In this document: positions 25,636 to 34,695 of the stretch, piece by piece
Layout: every line of letters begins with the position of its first letter
Position numbering within the stretch: position 1 is the first letter of the stretch
Virus record (IMG/VR): IMGVR_UViG_3300008110_000030
Coordinates: 34,707-98,706 of that record
Direction: 5' to 3' (one strand)
Origin: a virus
DNA: 64,000 nt
Program-made: the position numbers and the translations under genes
Notes under the pieces: generated by a model
Told to the model about the DNA's origin: nothing
The model's input: only the letters and a program-made list of their open reading frames with translations
The model's database searches: none

Positions 25636-26724
25636 ATGTCTTACTTTTTAAAATCTGGTAACACGTTCCGAGTTTCTACCAAAGAAGCAATGGATCTACA
25701 TGAAATGTTGCCAGCAGGCAACTACGTGGTCAAAGAGATGCCTATGGACGGGCCTTTGTACCTTGAACACATTGAGTCGTTTGAAATTAAAGGTAAGCGT
25801 TATGGAGACCTTGATAAAAATACAGACCGTATCTTGAATACGTTTATGGATCGTAGTTCGTCAACTGGCGTAATGTTGGCTGGCGAAAAAGGTTCTGGTA
25901 AATCATTGCTGGCTAAAAACTTGGCAATTGAAGCTGCCAAACGTATGGAGATTCCATGTATTGTTATCAATGCCCCATGGGTTGGTGACAAGTTCAATGC
26001 GTTCATGCAAATGATTGAACAACCATGTATGGTTCTGTTTGATGAGTTTGAAAAGGTCTACGATAGCGATGATCAAGAGAAAGCATTGACTCTGTTGGAT
26101 GGTGTGTTCCCTAGCAAGAAGTTGTTTGTCTTGACTTGCAACGACAAGTGGCGTATTGACCAACACATGCGGAATCGTCCAGGACGTTTGTACTACATGT
26201 TGGACTACAAAGGTTTGGATGCCAATTTTATTGTTGAATACTGTAACGATAACTTAAAGCCGGCCTTGTTGGAGCACACTGAAAAGTTGTGCCAAATTGC
26301 ATCATTGTTTGCTCAGTTTAACTTTGACATGTTGAAAGCAACTGTTGAAGAAATGAATCGTTATAATGAAGGTCCTGAAGATGCTCTGCGTATGCTGAAC
26401 GTCAAGCCAGAATTTGACAGTGGTAATAACTTTGAGATTAAACTTCAAATTAATGGCGAAGATTTGCAGGATACTGATTTGGAAAGCCAACAATGGAAGG
26501 GTAATCCACTGCAAAGTCAAGTTCAAATACACTACAAAAACTTTGCTGAACAGCAAGGTGATGAAGGAGATTTGGATTGGGACTGGGAACGTTTGCGGTT
26601 TGAAGCAGTTGACTTGAAGAAGATTGATAGTCAAACTGGAAAATTTGTTTTCGTCAAAGGTGGCGCTGTTTTAACCTTGAATAAAATCAAGGAAAAGAGT
26701 TACAACTATTACGATGCATTTTAA
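25636..26724 (+). CDS. AAA-family ATPase
   Basis: Walker A GEKGSGKS, Walker B MVLFDEFE, sensor-like RNRPGR. Confidence 0.6.
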   Translation: MSYFLKSGNTFRVSTKEAMDLHEMLPAGNYVVKEMPMDGPLYLEHIESFEIKGKRYGDLDKNTDRILNTFMDRSSSTGVMLAGEKGSGKSLLAKNLAIEAAKRMEIPCIVINAPWVGDKFNAFMQMIEQPCMVLFDEFEKVYDSDDQEKALTLLDGVFPSKKLFVLTCNDKWRIDQHMRNRPGRLYYMLDYKGLDANFIVEYCNDNLKPALLEHTEKLCQIASLFAQFNFDMLKATVEEMNRYNEGPEDALRMLNVKPEFDSGNNFEIKLQINGEDLQDTDLESQQWKGNPLQSQVQIHYKNFAEQQGDEGDLDWDWERLRFEAVDLKKIDSQTGKFVFVKGGAVLTLNKIKEKSYNYYDAF

Positions 26725-26767
26725 ATAACTGTTGTAGAAATACAACACTTTACAGTAACAGGACTAG

Positions 26768-26796
26768 TTGACAAAACCATCTAGTCCTGTTATAAT
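26768..26796 (+). promoter_or_regulatory. sigma70-type promoter TTGACA-N17-TATAAT embedded in inverted repeat ACAGGACTAG...CTAGTCCTGT; ATG at +7 (leaderless)
   Basis: perfect hexamers; 10-bp inverted repeat flanks -35 and spacer. Confidence 0.65.
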
Positions 26797-26802
26797 TTGA
26801 AC

Positions 26803-27369
26803 ATGACAAAAACATATATAACATCAGATTTGCATTTTGGACATAGAAACATTATGAATTTCTGTCCAGTTAGCCGAGCACGATATAACGGCGATGTAGA
26901 TTACATGAACGAAGCTATGGTAAAAGAATGGAACGAAATAGTCGAACCTGAAGATACAGTTTATATTTTGGGTGATGTTGCATTCTTGCCCACTGACAAA
27001 GCAGTTAAAATTATGCGCCGTTTGAATGGCACAAAGATTTTGATTGAAGGCAATCATGACCGTAAGGCATTGCACGATCCAGTATTTCGTAGTTGTTTTG
27101 CAGAAGTACACAAGTACCTTTGGATTGACTATAAGGGCACACAGGTAATAATGTTTCACTATCCTATTGCAGAGTGGGATCAGATGCATAGAGGCAGTGT
27201 ACACTTTCACGGACATTTGCACGGAAACACAAGCGGTATGGAAAAATATCGTTGTATTGATGTAGGCATGGACGCTACTGGTTGGATAGTAATTGAAATG
27301 GAAGACGCTATTCAAAGAGCCTTGAAGGGCGAAGTTAAAGGTCATCATAAGAAGGAAGAAAATGCCTAA
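26803..27369 (+). CDS. metallophosphoesterase (calcineurin-like)
   Basis: motifs DLHFGH, GDV, GNHD, HGHLH; ORF-track start 26797 is TTG, ATG at 26803. Confidence 0.75.
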   Translation: MTKTYITSDLHFGHRNIMNFCPVSRARYNGDVDYMNEAMVKEWNEIVEPEDTVYILGDVAFLPTDKAVKIMRRLNGTKILIEGNHDRKALHDPVFRSCFAEVHKYLWIDYKGTQVIMFHYPIAEWDQMHRGSVHFHGHLHGNTSGMEKYRCIDVGMDATGWIVIEMEDAIQRALKGEVKGHHKKEENA

Positions 27370-27826
27370 GTGTTATCAATTAATTGGTGTTCCAGCTTCA
27401 GGAAAAAGTACCTGGGTTAAAAATCAAGATTGGGCAGTTGACTGTGTAGTAGTTTCTACAGATGAATTTGTTGAAGATTATGCCAAAGAGTGTGGCTTAA
27501 CTTATAGTGAAGTATTTGACGACTACATGCCAACTGCTGTTGATTTGATGGCTGAGAAAGTTATTCGTGCTCGAGAAGCAGGCAAAGATATTATTTGGGA
27601 CCAAACTAGTACATCGTGGACCAGTCGTCGACGTAAATTTAATATGTTGCCTGACTATGAACATATTGCTGTAGTGTTTCAAACTCCTGATGAAGAAGAA
27701 CATCTACGTCGGTTAAAAACACGTCCAGGAAAAGTTATTCCAGAAGCAGTATTGTTTGACATGGTTTGGAATTTTGAAATGCCTACTGAGGAAGAAGGCT
27801 TTAAAGAAATTTGGAGAGTATCATGA
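27362..27826 (+). CDS. P-loop polynucleotide kinase (T4 Pnk kinase-domain-like)
   Basis: GVPASGKSTW matches T4 Pnk GCPGSGKSTW; downstream DQTSTS..RRRK and RPGKVIPEAVL parallel Pnk DTNLNPERR and RGTKAVPIDVL. Confidence 0.6.
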   Translation: MPKCYQLIGVPASGKSTWVKNQDWAVDCVVVSTDEFVEDYAKECGLTYSEVFDDYMPTAVDLMAEKVIRAREAGKDIIWDQTSTSWTSRRRKFNMLPDYEHIAVVFQTPDEEEHLRRLKTRPGKVIPEAVLFDMVWNFEMPTEEEGFKEIWRVS

Positions 27827-28263
27827 AAGAAGAATTTGATAAAAATCTAGTAGAAAAATATCCTAAGATATTTGCTAATCGTAATGGTGATCCTAAAGAA
27901 ACATTAATGTGTTGGGGTTTTGAATGTGGTGATGGTTGGTATCCTATCATTAATACTCTTTGTAGTGAAATACAATCTCGAATTGATTGGAATAATAAAA
28001 ACGTAGATAACGGATATGGAAACTACAAAGAGATCAAACAGGTAGTAGCTGTACAGATTAAAGAAAAGTTTGGTGGACTTCGTTTTTATTACGAAGGCGG
28101 TGATGATCATATTCACGGCATGGTCCGTATGGCAGAAAATTGGGCAAGCACTACCTGTGAAATATGTGGGAATCCTGGACAAACAAGACATGGGTTTTGG
28201 ATTAAAACATTGTGTGACGAACATGAAGCAGAACGACAAGAGAGATATAAGGACAGGTCATAA
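27823..28263 (+). CDS. hypothetical Cys-rich protein
   Basis: GGAGAG SD before ATG 27823 (ORF-track start 27811 is TTG). Confidence 0.45.
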   Translation: MKEEFDKNLVEKYPKIFANRNGDPKETLMCWGFECGDGWYPIINTLCSEIQSRIDWNNKNVDNGYGNYKEIKQVVAVQIKEKFGGLRFYYEGGDDHIHGMVRMAENWASTTCEICGNPGQTRHGFWIKTLCDEHEAERQERYKDRS

Positions 28264-28454
28264 TGAAAGACGAAAGTCAACTACCAGTGTCTGCGCAAAG
28301 TCTAGTATATCGTTTACGTAAGCGGGCAGAGATTCGGCGACAAATCAAAGACCGAAAGAGTGTTCAAGAAGGTGCGCCAGATCGTATTGCAGATCTCTTA
28401 GAAGAGGCGGCTGACGAGATTGAACGCCTTCAAATTGGTAAAATCAGTGGTTGA
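28263..28454 (+). CDS. hypothetical small basic protein
   Basis: 63 aa, ATGA overlap with previous gene. Confidence 0.35.
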   Translation: MKDESQLPVSAQSLVYRLRKRAEIRRQIKDRKSVQEGAPDRIADLLEEAADEIERLQIGKISG

Positions 28455-28480
28455 CTGCCACTGGTTTTTCCTATATAATT
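28452..28480 (+). promoter_or_regulatory. sigma70-type promoter TTGACT-N17-TATAAT upstream of rIIA
   Basis: near-consensus hexamers; IR CAGTGG/CCACTG around -35. Confidence 0.55.
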
Positions 28481-28514
28481 TACACATACACTAACAAACA
28501 CAGAAAGGTTTTCT

Positions 28515-30686
28515 ATGCTTCTTAATCTTGCTCCTAACAACGAAGCTATTTTGAGCAATGTTGGCCAAATTGGCGAATTCCGTATTCGCAACAGTGCTAA
28601 AGCATTTAACATTTTGAGCTCAGGCTTGTATGCTAACAAGATCCGTGCTATTGTACGTGAGCTGTCATGTAACGCAGTGGATAGTCATGTAGCGGCAGGT
28701 CGTAGTGAAACTCCTTTTGATATCCATCTTCCAAATCAATTAGAGCCTTGGTTTGCTATTCGCGACTACGGTACTGGCTTGTCACATGATCAAGTGACTA
28801 ACATCTACACCACTTACTTTGAGTCTACTAAAACTAATAGTAACGACTTTATTGGTGCGTTGGGTTTGGGTTCTAAGAGCCCATTCAGCTACACTGATAA
28901 CTTTACCGTAACTGCTATCAAAGATGGCATTAAAGGTATCTACAGTGCTTTCATTAATGCTGAAGGTGTTCCTTCTATTGCTAAGATGGGCGAGGAAGAA
29001 ACTACAGAACCTTCAGGTGTTGAAGTTAAATTTAGTGTTAATGACCGTTGGGACTTTTCAAAGTTCCACGACGAAGCACGTCAAGTTTTTACTTACTTTA
29101 AACTTCGTCCTGTTATTGGCGGTGTGAGTGATTTTAAGTTTCGTGATGTTGAATACGAAACTGAAAACATCATTCCTGGTGTACATTCAACAACAAATCG
29201 CCATAGTGTTGCTATCATGGGTAATATTGCCTACCCTGTGCAAGTTCCAGAAGCTAACCAAAAGGACTTGGGCGATGTTGCAGTATTGTTGAACTGTGGT
29301 TTGGAAATGCACTTTGCTATTGGTGAATTGGACTTCCAAGCATCACGTGAAGGCTTGTCATACATTCCGCAAACAATTGACAGCATTAAGCGTAAGTTGG
29401 AAGCTGTGAATGCGCAATTGGCTATACACATTACTGAAGAAGCTAACAAGATTAAAAACTTGTGGGAACGTGCTTTCTTTCTGTTGAAGAAGAAAGAAAA
29501 TACATTGTGGCAAGCGGCTGTTCGCAAGTACGTTATTGACTCTAAGTTTGATTTGGTTGATGCAACTAACTCTAGTTATTACTACATGCGTGGTAAGGAA
29601 TTTGAATTCCCTGTCATGCAGTTGGCTAAAAAGTACAACATTGAAATTTTGGCATTCCAAAAGAATGTTGGTTCAAAGGGTACTAGCAATTTGAATAGCT
29701 ATACTGTTCATCCAAAGAACTCAACTGATGTTGCTTACAAGGCTTGGCAAATTCGTGTTAGCGAAGGCGTGAACTTTATCAAGAACGATACCAAAATTGG
29801 TGCGTTGTCTCGTGCTAAGTTCCACTTCAATAACACGCAGTTTCCTAAAGGTACTCACCACTATCAAACTGTGTATGTGATGAGTGCCGCTGATAAGGCT
29901 AAGCCTGCTCGTTTTGATGCATTTTTGAAAGCATTGTCTAATCCTCCAACTGTAGTGAACGCAAGTGACTTGATGGTGAAGGAACGTGCATCTAACTCTG
30001 CAACTGGCAAGAACGTGACCATTATGCGTTTGGAAGAACGTGGTCGTGGTGGATACTATGCTAGTAAAGAAATGGTTTGGCGTGATGCTGGCAAGGCTGA
30101 TAGTTTTGACAGCAAGGACACTTACTATTACTTGCCGTTGAGTGGCTTTGCTATTGTTAGTGATTTTGGATTGAACAGCACTAAAGAGTTTGCAGAAGAC
30201 TTGAAGCGTTGTGGTTTTGGTATGTTGAATGTTGAAGTTTACGGTGTACGTAAAACAGATATCGAATTTATCAAAACTCAAAAGAACTGGGTTAATATTG
30301 AACAACATTTGAAACAATACTTGTCCAATGTTAAAGAAGATGATTTGAAACGTTTGGTAGTTTCCGCTCTTGACAAAAAGGCAATTTTGCAGTATCATAA
30401 CACTATTGCAGACAACGTCGAAAACAAAGCTAGTCCCTATTTGAAGGTGGCTACAATGTTTAAAGGCGTAACTAAAGTTGATGGTTATAGTCAAGCTTCG
30501 TTACAACGTCTTTGCCGACGCTATGCTACAGAGCTTGAATTTTCCAAACTTGAACAAACGATTGAGAACGAATGTGCCGCAGTTCTTAACCGTTACCCAC
30601 TGTTGAGCGGCCTTGAAACTTACCGTATGAATAATCTTGCGGTAGCTGAATATATTAATTTGATCGACACAAAGAAAGGTGTTTAA
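28515..30686 (+). CDS. rIIA: rIIA-like protein (GHKL/HATPase-type ATPase domain)
   Basis: 723 aa; N-terminus KAFNILSSGLYANKIRAIVRELSCNAVDSH...DYGTGLSHDQ...NDFIGALGLGSKSPFSY matches T4 rIIA. Confidence 0.85.
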   Translation: MLLNLAPNNEAILSNVGQIGEFRIRNSAKAFNILSSGLYANKIRAIVRELSCNAVDSHVAAGRSETPFDIHLPNQLEPWFAIRDYGTGLSHDQVTNIYTTYFESTKTNSNDFIGALGLGSKSPFSYTDNFTVTAIKDGIKGIYSAFINAEGVPSIAKMGEEETTEPSGVEVKFSVNDRWDFSKFHDEARQVFTYFKLRPVIGGVSDFKFRDVEYETENIIPGVHSTTNRHSVAIMGNIAYPVQVPEANQKDLGDVAVLLNCGLEMHFAIGELDFQASREGLSYIPQTIDSIKRKLEAVNAQLAIHITEEANKIKNLWERAFFLLKKKENTLWQAAVRKYVIDSKFDLVDATNSSYYYMRGKEFEFPVMQLAKKYNIEILAFQKNVGSKGTSNLNSYTVHPKNSTDVAYKAWQIRVSEGVNFIKNDTKIGALSRAKFHFNNTQFPKGTHHYQTVYVMSAADKAKPARFDAFLKALSNPPTVVNASDLMVKERASNSATGKNVTIMRLEERGRGGYYASKEMVWRDAGKADSFDSKDTYYYLPLSGFAIVSDFGLNSTKEFAEDLKRCGFGMLNVEVYGVRKTDIEFIKTQKNWVNIEQHLKQYLSNVKEDDLKRLVVSALDKKAILQYHNTIADNVENKASPYLKVATMFKGVTKVDGYSQASLQRLCRRYATELEFSKLEQTIENECAAVLNRYPLLSGLETYRMNNLAVAEYINLIDTKKGV

Positions 30687-30687
30687 G

Positions 30688-31488
30688 ATGTCATATCCAT
30701 TTTTGGTCCAAGGTTCAAACATTGTTGTAGTAATTGACAACAAACCGCATACTATTTCTAAGACTCACATTACCTATGAAAAGGTATTGGAAGCAATTAA
30801 AGCGGGTGATTGGGAAACTGTTAAGGATACTATTGATCCTAAGAAAGTCGTTATCAATTACGGTAAGGGCAATGTTGAAGTACAGGGCGACAAGTTGTTC
30901 TGGAAAGGTAAAGAATTCCACAATGCTCTGTCAAGTCGTATGATTGGCATGTTGCAAGAAGGCTTACCAGTTGAACCGCTTATCCTGTTTATGGAAAACT
31001 TGATGGCAAATCCATCAATGCGTTCTGTTACAGAACTGTACGGTTTCTTGGAAAAGAACAACTTGCCAATTACCAGCGACGGTCACTTCTTGGCCTACAA
31101 GAAAGTTCGTAAAGACTTTAAAGACTGTCATACTGGTACAATGGATAACGGCATTGGTCAAGTGGTTGAGATGGTCCGCAACGAAGTTGACGATGACCAA
31201 AACCGTACTTGCAGTACTGGCTTGCACTTCTGTAGCCAAAACTACTTGAGTCACTTTAGTGGCGAACGTACAGTGATTGTCAAAATCAATCCTCGTGATG
31301 TCGTTAGTATTCCTACAGACTATGACTTCAGTAAGGGTCGTGCTTGCCGTTATGAAGTCATTGGTGAGTTGGGTGTACATCCAGATGACGCATTCAAGGA
31401 AACAGTTCAAGACGAAGCATACACTCAAGAGCAGTTGGATGCCGCAGTTAAGGCTGCTGTTGAAGCCGCACTCAAGGTCACACAATGA
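30688..31488 (+). CDS. rIIB: rIIB-like protein
   Basis: C-terminal 200 aa collinear with T4 rIIB (ENLMANPSMRSVTELYGFL, DGHFLAYKKV, DCHTGTMDNGIGQVV, CSTGLHFCS, HPRDVVSIPTDYD); ATG 30688 (ORF-track GTG 30679). Confidence 0.85.
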   Translation: MSYPFLVQGSNIVVVIDNKPHTISKTHITYEKVLEAIKAGDWETVKDTIDPKKVVINYGKGNVEVQGDKLFWKGKEFHNALSSRMIGMLQEGLPVEPLILFMENLMANPSMRSVTELYGFLEKNNLPITSDGHFLAYKKVRKDFKDCHTGTMDNGIGQVVEMVRNEVDDDQNRTCSTGLHFCSQNYLSHFSGERTVIVKINPRDVVSIPTDYDFSKGRACRYEVIGELGVHPDDAFKETVQDEAYTQEQLDAAVKAAVEAALKVTQ

Positions 31489-31622
31489 TTAGACTTTGGT
31501 TAGCATTTGCTATCCTTGCCTTCCTAATTCATCTGGGTATCATGACTAAGTCCGTAACGTATAGTATAATTGTCGCATTACTAGCGTTGCTGGTAATGAC
31601 TGTGATTGTAATTCTTTTTTAA
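31485..31622 (+). CDS. probable small membrane protein (45 aa), not in ORF track
   Basis: ATGA overlap with rIIB stop; two hydrophobic helices; fills intergenic gap. Confidence 0.35.
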   Translation: MIRLWLAFAILAFLIHLGIMTKSVTYSIIVALLALLVMTVIVILF

Positions 31623-31630
31623 GGTATCAA

Positions 31631-32440
31631 ATGACACGTATTTTTACTCTCTCTATTCTTGCCGCGGCAGTTCTTGCTACAGGTTGCACTCGTATCGAAA
31701 CTGGTGAAGTTGGTGTTCGAGTTGGCTTTGACAAACAAGTCCAGCAAGGCGAACTACTTCCCGGCTCGTTCAATCAAGTGTTGATTGGCGATGTGCTTAC
31801 ATTCCCAATTAAGGACGTTAATGTTAAGTTAGATGACATGACTCCTGTGGCTAAAGATAATAGCACAATGAAAGACTTTGATGCTGTGGTTATCTATAAC
31901 ATCAATCAAGCACAAGTAGCTGAACTTTACAGCCAAAAGAGTCAAGCATTCCACGCTCGACATAACGGCGACATTTACTTGATGTACAATTATATTGTTC
32001 AAACTACTCGTAATGCTATCTACAAAGAAGCACGTAAGTACGAAGCATTGGACATGGCAGATGCACGTCAGTCAATGGAACAGGCAATTAAAGAACAAAT
32101 CCAAAAATCACTTGCTGAAGAAAAACTTGACGGCAGTTTGGTTATTGGTCAAGTGTTGATTCGTAATATTGTACCTGCTGACTCAGTTGTGGCAAGTGCT
32201 AACGAGTTGGTCAAGGCTAAGAATGAGCTCAAGCAAAAGGAAGTTGAAGTTAAGACTGCTGAAGCAGAAGCTCGTCGTATTGCGGCACTTAATACAAATG
32301 CTGGCGCTATCCAGTACATGGATGCACAAGCTCGTATGAAGCAAGCTGATGCGGCACTTAAGATGGCAGAAGCAGTATCTAGTTTTAAGGGTAATACCCT
32401 TGTAATTGGTGCAGGTGCAAATGTTAACGTTGGCAAGTAA
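31631..32440 (+). CDS. SPFH/band-7 (prohibitin/HflC-like) lipoprotein
   Basis: lipobox LATGC; SPFH-type N-terminal domain followed by Ala/Glu/Lys-rich coiled coil. Confidence 0.7.
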   Translation: MTRIFTLSILAAAVLATGCTRIETGEVGVRVGFDKQVQQGELLPGSFNQVLIGDVLTFPIKDVNVKLDDMTPVAKDNSTMKDFDAVVIYNINQAQVAELYSQKSQAFHARHNGDIYLMYNYIVQTTRNAIYKEARKYEALDMADARQSMEQAIKEQIQKSLAEEKLDGSLVIGQVLIRNIVPADSVVASANELVKAKNELKQKEVEVKTAEAEARRIAALNTNAGAIQYMDAQARMKQADAALKMAEAVSSFKGNTLVIGAGANVNVGK

Positions 32441-32458
32441 TTAGATAAAAAGAAGAAC

Positions 32459-32484
32459 AAGGGCCTTGACGGCCCTTTTCTTTT
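32459..32484 (+). terminator. rho-independent terminator GGGCC-TTGAC-GGCCC + TTTTCTTTT
   Basis: GC stem plus T-tract right after SPFH gene. Confidence 0.7.
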
Positions 32485-32494
32485 ATGTTATACT
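32466..32494 (+). promoter_or_regulatory. promoter-like TTGACG-N17-TATACT overlapping terminator loop
   Basis: hexamers with correct spacing upstream of 32509 gene. Confidence 0.4.
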
Positions 32495-32508
32495 GAGCAT
32501 AATATAAA

Positions 32509-32781
32509 ATGATAAATTTTAATTTTTCTCTTTCAAATCCTTGGAGTAATCGATGGAAAACTCTTTGGACTAAACATCGACTATTGTACACAAACAAAGT
32601 TGTAGAGTTTAATGGCTATAAAACAAATTCATTGATCACTGTGAATTTTGATCTCAGTTTTCAAACTGATCACGCAGGTCTTAGATTGATGCTGGGCTTG
32701 TTTGGGTACGAAGTGGAAGTTCACTTTTATGATACAAGACATTGGGATAGCGAAAAAGATACTTGGGAAGTATATGATTAG
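32509..32781 (+). CDS. hypothetical protein
   Basis: 90 aa ORF. Confidence 0.4.
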   Translation: MINFNFSLSNPWSNRWKTLWTKHRLLYTNKVVEFNGYKTNSLITVNFDLSFQTDHAGLRLMLGLFGYEVEVHFYDTRHWDSEKDTWEVYD

Positions 32782-32793
32782 GGGAGTAAATCA

Positions 32794-32964
32794 TGCTTAA
32801 ATTTTCACCATTTAGAAATTGGGTTCGAGAAACATGGATGGAAAATTGTGAAGAACACTTGACATATTCTGAAGATCCTTATACAATAAAGCAGTATTGG
32901 GATAGATACAAGTGGTGGCTTAAACGTGAATTTAAATATCAAAAGGCAAAAAATGACAGATAAG
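32794..32964 (+). CDS. hypothetical small protein (56 aa), not in ORF track
   Basis: GGGGAG SD 6 nt upstream; Trp-rich; stop overlaps next ATG (ATGACAGATAA). Confidence 0.3.
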
Positions 32965-33219
32965 AAATTTGAAGAACTTAACGAAGATGAATTTAAAAAT
33001 TTGAAAGTTGAGTTTGCTCCTGGATGCTTTGACAATTTCGAAGGCACACAAGAAGAATTGGATGAATTGATTTCTTCAATCAAAGATATGTTTGCTTCTG
33101 GTGAAGCACAGAAGAAATCACGCCCAATTGATTTTGAAGAGCTTGATGAGGAAGACCTTGAATTAATTGAAAAACTTGAAGCATTTGAAGAAAATACCAA
33201 TAATAGAAAATTACAATGA
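32953..33219 (+). CDS. hypothetical acidic protein
   Basis: start moved to ATG 32953; highly acidic (E/D-rich); antisense ORF 32805-33200 judged spurious. Confidence 0.4.
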   Translation: MTDKKFEELNEDEFKNLKVEFAPGCFDNFEGTQEELDELISSIKDMFASGEAQKKSRPIDFEELDEEDLELIEKLEAFEENTNNRKLQ

Positions 33220-33437
33220 AAAATGACAGACTAGACGAACTGTACCAAAAGCAATGGTCTGTGACCAGCGTCATGTTAGAGGACAATCGTCCTATGGAAG
33301 TAGCAGGGGTTATGCTTGCCCAAGCTCTTAGAATTTACAAAACACTTTTGTCAGAAAAAGAATTTGATCAAATGATGGATAATATTTCTAATAGTAGAGA
33401 TAAAATAGAAAAATTTCAAGGACCTATTATACAATGA
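33216..33437 (+). CDS. hypothetical small protein
   Basis: ATGA overlap coupling. Confidence 0.4.
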   Translation: MKNDRLDELYQKQWSVTSVMLEDNRPMEVAGVMLAQALRIYKTLLSEKEFDQMMDNISNSRDKIEKFQGPIIQ

Positions 33438-33871
33438 AAGCAGAAAAACCCGCAGAAGGAATTTTAAAAACAAACGACTATGGTAACTCAAAATGGTATC
33501 AGGTAGTATGCGGGTGTGGGCAACCAGATCATGCTCTGACTGTAGAAGTGGAAGCAGACGAAACAGGAGTTAGCGTAAACACCTACGCCACAGTTAAAAC
33601 TGACTACTGGAATGAAACAGTTAAAAAGCGTTACGATATCGACAATCCTTGGTTGCAGGAGTGGGATTGGTTTTGGAAAGATCTAGTAAATGGACTTGTT
33701 GCTAGATTACGACTCACTCGAGATATTTGGTTTAAAGGGTATGTTCAATGCGAAACTACCACGCTTATGAGTAAACAGCAAGCTCTTAATTTTTCTGAAA
33801 CACTAAAGTTGTCTATTAAAGATGTTGAAGATTTCGAATTACAAAGAACAAAAATTTCAAAAGAAAGTTAA
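33434..33871 (+). CDS. hypothetical protein
   Basis: 145 aa, ATGA overlap. Confidence 0.45.
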   Translation: MKAEKPAEGILKTNDYGNSKWYQVVCGCGQPDHALTVEVEADETGVSVNTYATVKTDYWNETVKKRYDIDNPWLQEWDWFWKDLVNGLVARLRLTRDIWFKGYVQCETTTLMSKQQALNFSETLKLSIKDVEDFELQRTKISKES

Positions 33872-33879
33872 ATGTTTCA

Positions 33880-34077
33880 ATGTCCACATTAGAGAGGCTG
33901 ATAACAGCTACCATACTAGTTAGTTTTTTATATATGGTACTTTTCTATAATTTCATTGATTATTCTAATATAGTCATTTATGATTGCGAACATATAGAAT
34001 ATTATCATAATGTTCCTAGCGAAGTTAAAAAAGAATGTAATTCTTTAAAGAAACCTATACCCCAATTAATAATATGA
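33880..34077 (+). CDS. small membrane protein
   Basis: 65 aa with one TM helix. Confidence 0.35.
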   Translation: MSTLERLITATILVSFLYMVLFYNFIDYSNIVIYDCEHIEYYHNVPSEVKKECNSLKKPIPQLII

Positions 34078-34619
34078 TCAGCAAAAGCCCCAAGCGCCAT
34101 ACCTTCCAAGCAGAAGGATACGTCAAACGTTGCGAAGAAAAAGGTGAAGAACCACGAGAAGATTACCTAAATTTGTTTAAAACCTTTCGTGAACAAGACG
34201 ATGAAAACATGGTTGATCCAGAATGGCAAAAGAACAATTTGGAGTACGACTTGCGTTCCACTGAATGGATTTTGGAAAAAGCTCGGACTCGAGATGAGTA
34301 TGCTCAAAACATCTATGCCGCCATGTGCAATATGCGCTGGCAACGACTAGATGTCTTCCCAATACTAAAAGACGAGTTTTGGTCATGCAGTTGGCGCAGT
34401 GCTGGTGGCATTGTTGCAGATATGCTACAACAAGGTGACTATATTGATTGGTACTGTTCCGGAATGGGCGGACTAACTGGAGATTGGGATAAGGATAGTG
34501 AAACTTTTGAACAATGGCAAACCCGTACTAAGTACGTTCCAGAAGGCGTTGTCACTGAAGAAATTCGAATAGATTTCCAAAAGTTAGGATGGGTGCCAAG
34601 TGAATGGCCAGACGAATAA
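34074..34619 (+). CDS. hypothetical protein
   Basis: 181 aa, ATGA overlap. Confidence 0.45.
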   Translation: MISKSPKRHTFQAEGYVKRCEEKGEEPREDYLNLFKTFREQDDENMVDPEWQKNNLEYDLRSTEWILEKARTRDEYAQNIYAAMCNMRWQRLDVFPILKDEFWSCSWRSAGGIVADMLQQGDYIDWYCSGMGGLTGDWDKDSETFEQWQTRTKYVPEGVVTEEIRIDFQKLGWVPSEWPDE

Positions 34620-34632
34620 TCGGTAAAATCAG

Positions 34633-34661
34633 TTGTTGACAACCAACAATTCTGAATGTAT
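34633..34661 (+). promoter_or_regulatory. sigma70-type promoter TTGACA-N17-TATAAT
   Basis: perfect hexamers 35 nt upstream of ATG 34696 (GAGGAG SD in leader). Confidence 0.65.
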
Positions 34662-34695
34662 AATATATACATATTGTTAATTAGAGGAGCGCCAA

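Noticed and set aside
26824-27348. 174-aa minus-strand ORF
   Set aside because: Inside metallophosphoesterase gene with clear motif set
29721-30494. 257-aa minus-strand ORF inside rIIA
   Set aside because: Antisense to a confidently identified gene; low-complexity composition (Phe/Ile/Asn-rich) typical of AT-rich antisense frames
31015-31485. 156-aa minus-strand ORF
   Set aside because: Inside rIIB
32805-33200. 131-aa minus-strand Ser-rich ORF
   Set aside because: Antisense mirror of the acidic E/D-rich + strand genes; poly-Ser low complexity, no SD
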